Assembly: GCA_038087875.1 (NCBI GenBank)
Contig: CM075988.1
Span: 11,844,001 to 11,908,000, forward strand
Source: Malacoraja senta
Lineage: Eukaryota
DNA length: 64,000 nucleotides
Direction of reading: 5' to 3'
Shown here: positions 51,995 to 63,266 of the stretch, in pieces
Position numbering within the stretch: position 1 is the stretch's first letter
Layout of the letters: every line of letters starts with the position of its first letter
Notes under the pieces: generated by a model
Told to the model about the DNA's origin: nothing
The model's database searches: none
What the model saw: the letters and a program-made list of their open reading frames with translations, nothing else
Program-made: the position numbers and the translations under genes

Positions 51995-53525
51995 CAAAAG
52001 TGTTAAACAGGTGTAGAAAATTAAATTGTGTCATACATTATAACTGTGAAGAAAATACATTAAAATTAAAGGGAAAATGCAAGCAGTTATAATTTATAAG
52101 ATGAGAGGATCAAAAGTAAACTAATAGAAAAATGAATTAATCCTTGGTGAAGATAAAAAGGGGCTTACAATGACAGATATCACAGCCCAGTTAAGGTGAT
52201 AAGAGTTATATTTTTTCCGAAATATGAAAATGGGATTTTTTTTAATTTCAGTAAGTAAAAAATGTAATATCTGATAAACCAGTTAATAAAGATGTTCCAG
52301 AATTGAAAAGGGCGATCAGGGAACTGAACAAATTAGTTTTGCTGTTAATTTATGTTGGTACCTGCACCTGGAGTTTGTAAAGAGATGAAAAGAAGTATAA
52401 AATGGATAGTCCTGTACAACAGGATATTGTACAAGCTGGACAGCGATATAAAAGAGGATTAGCCCGGGCATAAACATGAACCTATTTTAGGATCAGAAGC
52501 TCATATTAGCCCAGATTTTGCTATCAAGAGGAGAACGAACATATTCAATATTGGCATCGAGGAAAGTGGCCAACTTTGCACCAAGTACCAAGAGAACCAA
52601 GCTTGGAGGTGTGCATTTTTCCTCTCCATTATTCGAGTTACTGACAGGCATCAACTGTTTGGGATCTCTGGTATTCAGAAAACAATGATGTCATCAAGCA
52701 GGAGAGGGAGTAACCAATCAACCTCATTGCAGCAAATCAGACGAAAATAAAACAGGACTTTTAACTAAAAAATGTTTTACAGCGGGCAAAATGAAAACTA
52801 AACACATGAACTTTAGGTAGAAATGGTAAAAGATTTATTATTCATGTAGAAACAAGGAACTGCAGATGCTGCTTTACAAAAAAAAAGACACTAATAGAGT
52901 GCTAGTATAACTCAGCGGGTCAAGCAGCATCTCGAGAGAACATGGGTGACATTTTGGGTCAGGACCCTTCACATTATTTATATTGTACAATACAATCATT
53001 TGTAACAGGTAATCCCTCTGAACAATGTATGAGACTGAAATCTCAAGGAATGGTTACCCAGATATGTAAAATGCCAATAATGAGGAATTTAAACCTTGCT
53101 TCTATGCACAACAGAATATTACATTCTCGGTTTTACAAACGATGCCAAAATTCTGCTGCCCTACAGCCAAATGTTAAATGAGGAATTGTCAGCTATCATT
53201 TGTAGCACGTCAGCGGGTAGTGAGATCCTGTGAGTGTGCATTCAAAGGCGGAAGCCTGAGTCATACGGGAAGTCGGATGTCACCACAGCTGACTGACTCG
53301 CTGCATCACCCAGCAGTAGACCACAGGCTTCCTGAGGAGAGGGCTGGATGCACCCTGCATCTGGCACCTCAACTTTACACCAGGGAGGACTGGCAGACGA
53401 ATGACTCTCTCTTAATATTTGTTTGTTATGTTGCATTGTTTTAATATCAGTATCTTAATGAACTTTTAACAGAACATTTCTTACTTTTCAAACTTAGTAA
53501 CACGTGGGTTGTTGAAAGCCTTGGA

Positions 53526-53806
53526 GTTTAGTTTAGTTTAGAGATACATCACGGAAACAGGCCAGATCGCCATACATTAACATTATCCTACACACACTAG
53601 GGACAATTTACAATTATATCAAGCCGATCAACCTACAAACCTGTATGTCTTTTGAGTGTGGGAGGAAACCAGAGATCCCGGAGAAAACTTATGCAGGTCA
53701 CAGAGAGAACACACAAACTCTACACAGACAGCATCTGTAGTCAGGATTGAACCCGGGTCTCTGGTGCTGTAAGCAGCAACTTTACCGCTGCACCACTGTG
53801 CTGCCC
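53526..53806 (-). mobile_element. HE1/V-SINE-like SINE
   Basis: Reverse complement of the SINE consensus. Confidence 0.9.
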
Positions 53807-53897
53807 AACGAGTTATAGAGTCATGGAGAATCATACTGTTGTTAGCCCAGAAATGAGCCCTTTGGCTCACTATATCCATGATAACCTTGGTGCCGAA

Positions 53898-54250
53898 GGT
53901 AGAAACAAACTGCCGGAGCAACTCAGCAGGTCAGGCAACATCTCTGTAGAAAGGGAACAGGTGACATTTTGGGGCGGAACGCCTTTTCAGACTGAAGGTA
54001 GAGGGGGAGGAGGGATCTGGAGGTGGGAATAGGCCAGGGCTATAGATGACCAAGAAAATGTGGAGCCCATAATGGCCCCTTTGTTGGCAGGGGAAGAGGT
54101 GATAATGAGGGGATATAGGGATGCGAACAGTGGAACTAGTAGGATGACCAGGGGAGGGGGGGAGAGAGGGAATGCAGGATATGCTTGAAATTAGAGAAAT
54201 CAACATCAATACTGCCCAAACAAAATATGAGGTGCTATCCCTCCAATTAT
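53898..54250 (-). mobile_element. Penelope-like 3' fragment
   Basis: Homologous to 30415-30855. Confidence 0.8.
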
Positions 54251-54451
54251 GTTTATCTTTGTTTGGTCTGTATCCATCTGTGCCTTACTTATTCAAGTGA
54301 CAGTCAAAATGTCTCTGAAATGTAATGATCCCATCACCACCTCTAGCAGCACCTCTAGAACATAGAACAGTATTGCATAGGACCATGACCTTAGGCCCAT
54401 GAAGTCTGTGCTGAACATGATGCCAAATTAAATCGATCCTTTCCGCCTGCA

Positions 54452-55371
54452 TTTTAATGATTTGGACGAGGGGATTGAAGGCTTTGTGGCAAAGTTTGTG
54501 GATGTTACGAAAATAGGTGGAGGGGCAGGTAGTGTCGAGAAAGCAAAAGGACTTGGACAGGTTGGGAGAGTGGGTAGATAACTGGCAGATGGAATATCGT
54601 GTAGCAAAGTATGGAGCCATGCATTTTGGTAGTAGGAATAAAGGTGTAGACTACTGTAATTTCTAAATGGGGTGAGAATCCAGAAATTGGAGGTGCAACG
54701 GGACTTGGGAGTGCTGGTACAGGATTCCCATAAAGTTAATCTGCAAGTCGAATCAGTCGTAAAGAAAGCAAACTCAATGCTAGCATTCATTTCAAGAAAA
54801 GCATGGATGTAATGTTGAGGCTTTATAAGGTGCTGGTAAGGCCACATTTGGAATAATGTAAGCAATTTTGGGCACCAGATCTAGGGAAAGATGTGCTGGC
54901 TCTGGAGAGGGTTCAGAGGGCGTTTACAAGATTGATGGCAGGAATTAGTAGGTTAACCTATAATGAGTGTTTGTCAGCACTGGGCCTGTACTCACTGGAG
55001 TTTAGAAGAATGAGGGGGGACCTTTGAAACTTACAGAATAGTGAAAGGCTTGGACAGAGTGGATGTGGAGAGGATGTTTCCACTTGTGGGAGAGCCCAGG
55101 ACTAGAGGTCATGGCCTCAGATTAAAAGGATGTTCTTTTAGGAAGGAAATGCGGAGAAATGTATTTCATCAGAGGGTGGTGAATCTGTGGAATTGTTTTC
55201 CACAGAAGGCCGTGGAGGCCATCAGTGGATATTTTTAAGGCAGAGATAGATAGATTAGTATGGGTGTCAGAGGTTATGGGGTTAGGAGAGATAGATCAGC
55301 CATGATTGAATGGCAGAATAGACTTGATGGGCCGAATGGCCTAATTCTACTCCTATCCCTTCTGATCTTAT
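54452..55371 (+). mobile_element. CR1 ORF2 3' fragment inserted into an older minus-strand CR1 tail (54355-54451, 55372 onward)
   Basis: NDLDEGIEGFVAKFVD, KGLDRVDVERMFPLVGE...QRVVNLWN peptides; 3' UTR. Confidence 0.9.
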
Positions 55372-56441
55372 GATGCATTCCTTCAATTCATCTGTCCATC
55401 CGAAAGCCGCGTGGACTGCACTATCATATGAGCTTCCACCACCACACTTCGAGGTGCATTCCAGGTGCATACCACTTTCTGTGTTAAAAAAAAAAAAACT
55501 TTCCCCTCTGATCTGCTTTACACCACCTCCCTCTTATCTTAAACAGATACCCTCTTGATAACACCACCTTTGGAGGGTTGAGGGTGCGGGGTGTTAATTC
55601 CTGACCATCTACCTTACCAATGTCTCTCATAACTTTATAAATTACCCCCTCAACCAACCTAACTCCACGGAAAACAAGATGGTCTATCCAATCTCTCCCC
55701 ATCTGAAGAGGTCTGAAGAAAACTTCTTCAGTCTGAAAAAGTGTCTCGACCTGAAACGTCACCTATTCCTTTTCTCCAGAAATGCTGCTGGAGTTGCTCC
55801 ACCTTTTTGTGTCTGTCCTCCCCATAATAAGATCTACAATCTTGAGATGATGTCCAAGGCAGTCAGGCTGTTCTGTCATGGGACCTCGAGATATGCTGTC
55901 TGAAGCCTTGCTCTATTCGAAGCCTGCTGTGCTTTGCCTGACTGCAGTCAGGAATGGAGAATCAGGTCGACTGATTCTGTGTGTCCAGAGAAAGGAACAG
56001 CAGGTGGGCAGGGAACATAGGTTGTGAGTCTGGGCACTGGGCAGAATGCAAGGTCATCCAGCTCATTTAGTACAAATACAGAATTCTCAACTTTGTGCCT
56101 GCTCACTATTTTCCCACAGTTCAACAGAAGAACCTTGCAATCTACTGCCTCTCAGTGGGGAACAAGATACTGGTAATAACTTCTTGTTGTTATGCCTAAC
56201 CTAGGGAGTCCAGAAGGTGTTTTCTGATATTCTCTGCAGTCATCATGAGAACTGGTCGTCCCAATGTTATTTCTCACCAAAAAAAGAAATACGGGCCATT
56301 GTTTCATTGTTTGCATATACTTTAAACTATGGTTATCCATCAGGAATTTTGCCCCAAACAGTATTGTTATAATTAATTGATGAACAAAGAGCAAAAATCA
56401 AACTTGCATTAGAGAAACACATCATCATCAAAACCATGAAG

Positions 56442-56565
56442 GTCTGAAGAAGGGTCCCAACCTGAAACGTCACCTGCCCATTTTCTCCAGGGGTGCTGCA
56501 TCATTTACTCCATCATTATGTGTCTATCTTTGATATAAATCACCGTCTGCAGTGCGCTTTTATTA
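56442..56565 (+). mobile_element. Penelope-tail monomer beginning 2 nt before the core
   Basis: gtctgaagaagggtcccaacctgaaacgtcacct; flanking repeat catgaag (56435-56441, 56566-56572). Confidence 0.8.
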
Positions 56566-57295
56566 CATGAAGAGCTGGACATCCATTTTGCATCATTTGT
56601 TATGCAATGGAACTTCATTAGAAACCCAATTATCTGACACGCACATGCATTGTTGCTGCTGCATGTTTGCCGTCATGCCGATGGTGTATCTGGCATTGAG
56701 GATGACGTGGCTTGCTCACCATGTCACGACCTGGAAATTTGGATCAACGCTGACTTTGAATGTGATCCCAGGTTTTGTCCAGTTTGTAACGTTGCCAAAA
56801 TGAAACACAAATGCATTCAAGAAACGGTGATGAATGTCATCATTGGAGCGTTTTGGACAAATGATAGAACATTGATTATAAAAGGGCACATTGGGTAAGA
56901 GGGAGGATGTTGCAAATATATAATTCCAGTGGGTATGAGTGGATGCGTATATTGGGAGGGAACACGATGGATGACATGGGATACAATTTGGCATAATTTA
57001 CATGATTTTCTACCACTCACGTGGATTAAAAACAATACAGGTTACAACAGGCTTGAAGCAGAGTCCTGAATGAACAAAATATCAAGTCAAAGAGTCATAT
57101 AGCTTGGAAACAGACCGTTCGTCGAATTCTTCCACGCCGACCAAAATGACCCATTTCAGCCAGTCGCATTTGCCCGAATTTGGCCCGTATCCCTCCAAAC
57201 CTTTCGTATCCATGCACCCGTCCAAGTGTTCTTTAAATGTTAGTTGGAGATTAGTTCGAAATATGGTTAGAGGTTTACTGAGTCAGTCCTTTTAC

Positions 57296-57426
57296 ATTGA
57301 AAACTGGAGTCCTTGCAAAGCAGAGGATGGACGTAAATTGCAGATGATGTCGCTGAATATTGAAAACTGGAGTCTTTGCAAAGCAGAGGATGGAGGTAAA
57401 TTGCAAGTGATGTCGCTGAATATTGA
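57296..57426 (+). repeat. 63-bp tandem duplication (2.1 copies)
   Basis: attgaaaactggagtc...gtcgctgaat repeated with period 63. Confidence 0.95.
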
Positions 57427-58284
57427 GGAACATAGCTTTTGTCACGACTCTGCTTATCTGTCAGGATTCGAGCCTTGCTCCTTGTCATCCGTACAATGAA
57501 TGTGTAAGCAACACCTGACAATAAAAGTGTAATTGTGACTCTTTAATTTGGCCATAAATCCTGGTGACGGCTGAAGGATTTGATATACTGTGATTGGGCA
57601 GATTGTACTGATGAACCAAATCGTGCTACAGTACACGATTGCACCATTCTCCTTACCATGACACTGGATGACTTTGTGTTGGTGCTGGTTGACAGAATGA
57701 GCATTGTTTTATAGACGATTAGCAGATGTATTTCCAGCATCTTGATATGTCATACCAACAGTGCTCTGCTCCATTGCCACTCTTTTAAAATCTCTTGCAT
57801 TCAGTTAACATTGACTGGAGAAAATAATCAATTTAATTCGGCAAATGCAAGTTATATTTTTAATTATCCTATCAAGTTAAATTAATTCTGTATCAATATC
57901 AGCTTGCATTTCTCAAGAGCCTTTAATGTGGGAAACATTTTGAGTATCTTCCAAAAAAGTTTATTACAACAAACTCAACCCTGATTGCATTTCAAAAGAG
58001 TTCCATTAGCCCCAAAGTCTTTGCAATGTCCCAAGACTATAGCTGACATTAAATTAATTCATACATTTTTAATACCAATAATGATATAGTTATTGTGGAA
58101 TAAAGCCCCTGTATAATGATAGTACTTTAGAGTACCTGTATCCGACTTACCCACCTGTATGAATGCAGAGGAGAAGTCTTCAGTTAGTGTCCCTTGTAGA
58201 AACGAAGAACTGCTGGAGTAAGTGCTGGAGTAAGTGCTGGAGTAAGCCAAAGGGTCAGGAAGCATCTCTGCAGAATGTGGATGA

Positions 58285-58590
58285 TTTAGTTTAGATTATT
58301 ATCACGTGCACTGAGGTACGGTGAAAAGCTTTTTTTGTTCCGGGCAGCGGACAAACTTTCCAGCGGACAAACAGATACAGGATAAAGGGAATAAATGTTA
58401 GTGCAAGATGAAGTCCAGTAAAGTCCGATTAAAGATCGTCCGAGGGTGTCCAATGAGGTTGGTGATAGTTCAGTAGTTGGTGATAGGGTGGTTCAGTTGC
58501 CTGATAACAGCTGGGAAGAACTGTTCTTGAATTTGGAGGTAAGAATTTTCACACTTGTACGTCTTGCCTGATGGGAGAGGGGAGAAGAGA
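58285..58590 (-). mobile_element. Rex1/Babar-like LINE 3' fragment
   Basis: tcacgtgcactgaggtacggtgaaaagc tail; ttgcctgataacagctgggaagaa; cctgatgggagagg. Confidence 0.7.
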
Positions 58591-58598
58591 ATAGGTGT

Positions 58599-59750
58599 CC
58601 ATTTCCGACACTTCCCTACCATTCCTTGACCTCACTATCTCCATCGCAGGTGATAGACTTCTTACCGACATCCATTACAAACCAACCGACTCCCATGGCT
58701 ATCTGGACTACACTTCTTCCAACCCTGCTTCCTGTAAGGACTCCATCCCCCACTCCCAATTCCTCCGTCTACGCCGCATCTGCTCCCAGGATGAGGCATT
58801 CCACACCAGGGCATCCGAAATGTCCTCATTCTTCAGGGAACGAGGGTTCCCCTCCTCCACCATAGATGAGGCTCGCACCAGGGTCTCTGCCATACCCCGC
58901 AATACTGCTCTCTCTCCCCATCCCCCCACTCACAACAAGGGCAGAGTCCCCCTAGTCCTCACCTTTCACCCCACCAGCCGTCACATACAACAAGTGATCC
59001 TCCGTCAGTTTTGCCACCTCCAACGTGACCCCACCACTCGCCACATCTTCCCATCTCCCCCCATGTCTGCCTTCTGCATAGACCGCTCCCTCCGTAACTC
59101 CCTTGTCAATTCTTCCCTTCCCTCCCGTACCACCCTCCCCCGGGTACTTTCCCTTGCAACCGCAAGAGATGCAACACTTGTCCCTTCACCTCCCCCCTCG
59201 ACTCCATTCAAGGACCTAAGCAGTTGTTCCAGGTGCGACAGAGGTTCACCTGCATTTCCTCCAACCTCATCTATTGCATCCGCTGCTCTAGATGTCAGCT
59301 GATCTACATCGGTGAGACCAAGCCGAATACCTCCGGTCGGTCTTCAATAACCAACCTGACCTCCCGGTGGCTCAGCACTTCAACTCCCCCTCCCATTCCA
59401 TATCTGACCTCTCTGTCCTGGGTCTCCTCCATGGCCACAGCGAGCAACACCGGAAATTGGAGCAAATGCACCTCGTATTCCGCTTGGGCAGTCTACATCC
59501 TGGGGGCATGAACATTGAATTCTCCCAATTCTGCTAGCCCTTGCTGTCCCCTCCCCTTCATCAGCCCTCTAGTTGTCTCCTCCCATCCCCCAGCCCTCGG
59601 GCTCCTCCTCCGCCTTTTTTCCTTTTTTCCTTTCTTCTCCCCACCCCCTATCAGTCTGAAGAAGGGTTTCGGCCCGAAACGTTGCCTATTTCCTTCGCTC
59701 CATAGATGCTGCTGCACCCGCTGAGTTTCTCCAGCATTTTTGTGTACCTT
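58599..59750 (+). mobile_element. 5'-truncated Penelope-like element (Neptune-type): RT C-terminus/thumb, Cys linker, GIY-YIG endonuclease, tail
   Basis: LPFLDL, YKPTDSHGYLDYTSS; after a frameshift CNRKRCNTC and NLIYCIRCSRCQLIYIGETK; 13-bp flanking repeat agagaataggtgt (58586-58598, 59751-59763). Confidence 0.93.
59656..59683 (+). ncRNA. Minimal hammerhead-ribozyme-like motif in the Penelope tail
   Basis: CUGAAGA-A-GGGU(UUCG)GCCC-GAAA-CG-UU; identical cores at 4907-4934 (+) and 50015-50042 (-); helix I is weak. Confidence 0.6.
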
Positions 59751-60928
59751 AGAGAATAGGTGTTGTTTTGGTCGGGACCCTTCTTCAGAAGAGCTGCCTG
59801 ACGTGGGATTACTCCAGCACTTTGTGTCAGTGTATGTACCTTCGTAGTTTTGACCAGTTCTGCTGGGCTATTTCAGAGAATCAATCACATTAATAGACTG
59901 GTAGGTCTTGAGGCACACGGATGCTAGAACAGGGAAGGAGTGAAGATTTCCTTTCTTTGAGGGCAATCATGTAAGTTTCCCAGCTGCTGTGGTAGGTTTC
60001 AAATTCATGTCGAAGGATTAAAACTGCATGCCTCTGAATACTAGTCCAGCAACTGAACCGCTGTGCTATGATTCCACATGACAAGGTCATTGCACTCCTA
60101 GTCTGGAGGTTGTCAAGACTTAACACCAGAAATTTGAAATATGAGAAATAGGTTAATTATTAATATATAAACAAAGGTATAAGCTCCCTCTGTTTTTTGT
60201 TGTGATCAGAGGTATAGTTGATGGGGATTGTATTGTCTTTCCTCTTTTGCCATCGAAATCCACCACTGATTACTTTCAGGTCAGCTGAAGCTTTCCCGGA
60301 AGTGGAGTAGTCTTTATCTGCATTTTTGCAACAGTGAACTGCAGGACCCGTCTTATATTTGCTCCCTTTCCTGCACTGCTGGTGTTTCATCTCTTTCAGC
60401 TATTCCATCTGACTGCAGGGTTTAATTAACACTAATAGATGCCAAATGTGTTTTCCTTTTGGTGTGAATTGAAACATTGAGTTACTGGGTGAAACTCTCC
60501 ATAGCTATTTTCTTTTAGAAGTTTACAACCTACAATGCTAAAAAAAAAGAGGATTTCTTTGTCATTCTATAAATTTGGACTAGTTTCAAGTCTTGATCCC
60601 AGAGATAAAAGCACTGCATTACTGACCCAGTTTGCCAGTCCGTCTCCATTAATTCGAGTAAGTGCTCTGGTATGTGAACCGATTGCAAAGGAAGCAGGCA
60701 AATTGTATGACAAAGATTGGGCAAATAGATCAAAATGAAAATGTCTGGAGATTGTGGGCAATGAGAAAATGACCCTGCCATATTGAGAGGATTGGGGAAA
60801 AACAGGTAAGCAAAAATAAACAATATGAAGCTGGACAGGCAAGGAACTGTAGATGCTGCAATCTTGAGCAAACTCAAAGTGCTGGAGTAACTCAGCTGGT
60901 CAGGCAGCATCTGTGAAGAGTATGGATA

Positions 60929-61684
60929 ATCAGAATCAGAATCACACTTTATTCACCAAGTATGTTTTGCAACATACGAGGAATTTCATTGGCCAGGTCA
61001 GTCATTCAATTAAAAGTAACAGATCACTTCAAAAACACATTTTAACATGAACATCCGCCACAGTGACTCCTACACATTCTGCACTGTGATGGAAGGCGAA
61101 ATAAAGTTCAAGTCCTTCCCTTAGTTCTTCCTCGGTCGTGGGCCTCGAGCCCCCGTTGATGGGTTGACCTTGACTCCCGTAGCCGGAGGTGTTCGGGCTC
61201 TCCGCGTCGAGGCGATCAAGCTCCCGCATCGGGGAGATGTCGGCTTCCCTGCGCCGGGCGATCGAAACTCACGTCAGAGTTGATCGAACCTTCCGCGACG
61301 TTGGAGCTCCCGACTCGGCCTCACCCGAGACTGCGAGCCCTTGGTGTTGATTCCATGGTGGTCATGGTGGGAGCGATCCCAGGCAAGGGATCAGCTCCGA
61401 TGTTAAGTCCGCGCCCCGCGGTGGGGCTCACGACAGTCCGTGGAGGCTTCCAGCTCCATCGATGGTAGGCCGCAGAGCCCGGAGAATGTGATCCGAAAAT
61501 TAATCACATCTCCAGGAAGGTAAGAGCTTGAAAAAAAGTCCCCCCCGATCCCCTCCCCCCTCCCCCCAAATAAAAAAACCCGAAGAACATTAAAACTAAA
61601 TTTTTTAACAAACTAAAAAATAACAAAAGGAGTGAAAAGACAAACAGACTGCCGGCAGGGCAGCCATCTCCACGGCACCCCTGG
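60929..61684 (-). mobile_element. CpG-rich non-autonomous retroposon with (CTGATT)n tail
   Basis: Flanking repeat tggata (60923-60928, 61685-61690); minus-strand aataaa then tail; splits a Penelope-tail unit. Confidence 0.7.
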
Positions 61685-61721
61685 TGGATAGGCAACGTTT
61701 CAGATTTTTCAGAATGTTCTA

Positions 61722-62028
61722 GTGTGGCACGGTGGCGCAGCAGCAGAGTTGCTGCCTCACAGCGTCAAACGCCCAGGTTCCTGACTATGGGTGCTGTCTG
61801 TATGGAGTTTGTACGTTCGGTCCTTTGTGGGTTTTCTCTGGGAGCTCCGGTTTCCTCCCACACTCAAAAGACATATAGATTTGTTGGTGAATTGGCTTGG
61901 TAAAATTGTAAAAATTGTCACTGGAGTGTGTAGGATAGTGATAATGTGCAGGGATCATTGGTCAGCGCGGACTCGGTGGGCCGAAGGGCCTGTTTCCGTG
62001 TTGTATCTCCAAGCTAAACTAAACTAAA
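61722..62028 (+). mobile_element. HE1/V-SINE-like SINE
   Basis: ggcacggtggcgcagc head; gggccgaagggcctgtttcc; (AAACT)n. Confidence 0.9.
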
Positions 62029-62864
62029 TCTGAGGAATGGTCCCACCCCAAAAACGTTACCTATCCATTGTATCCATGTTTTAGCCATGTTGTATCCATG
62101 CACTTAGTGTTTTGATAAAGAAAATACAAATTAGCATCTGGGAAGTGACAGGAAGCCTGATGATGGCTTGCGTAAATGGTCCTCACTCAGAATAGATAAA
62201 TGCAGGAAACCATCCAAATATTCAACCACTTTAGGTACTGATCAGGTGAGAGCACAGGAAGGTATGCAAAAGACTACTCTGTCATGAACCATCAGATACT
62301 GAATTTCACATCAGATCCAAAGGACCATCTGTTGTAAATTTACAGCAGCTGGTCAATTATAAGCACTGCATAAACTTTTACTTTATCTTGATCAGGTCCC
62401 AGTCCGACTGCTTGAGTTCTGTTGGAAGCAAAGCGGAAAGAGTACATTGGGTTGCAAAATTGTTTTTAGTGAATTAGCTGACAATTTTTGCTTGAAATAA
62501 AAAGGGCAGCTAATGCAAGTGCCAATTGAATAACCGAGACACAAGAGACTGCAGATTCTGGCATTTGGAGCAACAAACAAGCTGCTGCTTCAAGCAACGT
62601 CTGTGGACGGAAATGAATGGTCAATATTTTGGGTCGAATCTCTTCAGGATCATTCCATCTGCAGATGCTGTTCAACCTATTAAGTTCCTTTCAGGAGATT
62701 GTTTGTTTCTGTCAATTATATTCACCTGTCTGCAAAATGTTTGATTAAAGTGTTTGATTATGATGTCGGAAAGGTAATGAAAGACTTTGAGAATATAACA
62801 TGGAAGAAACCCCCAAAATATTTTTATAAACATTTAAAGCTCCAAATCTTTTCATAAGCATTGT

Positions 62865-63100
62865 TTTAAGGTGAGAGGGTCAAAGTTTAAAGGAAATATG
62901 AAGGAACAAATGTTTACACAGAGTGCTGGTGATGGTGGTTGAGGCAGATATGGTAGTAGCATTTAAGAGACTTTTGGATAGGCATATGGATGTGCCAGGA
63001 ATGGAGGGATATGAATTATGTGCAGGCAGATAAGAGTTGGTATTGCAATCATGTTCGGCACATAATTATGGGCTGAAAGATCTGTTCTTGTGCTGTTGTG
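62865..63100 (+). mobile_element. CR1 3' fragment
   Basis: aaggtgagagggtcaaagtttaaagg...gggctgaaagatctgtt. Confidence 0.85.
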
Positions 63101-63171
63101 AAAGGACCAAAGATTTGGATCAAATATGGGTAACTGGTGACAATTCAGAACAAAAAGGGAAATATTGTTGT

Positions 63172-63266
63172 TAGATACAAAGTGTTGGAGTAACTCAACG
63201 GGTCAGACAGCATCTCTGGACAAAAAGGTTAGGTGACGTTCTAGGTTGAGACCCTTCTTCAGACTG
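63172..63266 (-). mobile_element. Penelope-tail monomer
   Basis: ggtgacgttctaggttgagacccttcttcagact. Confidence 0.8.
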
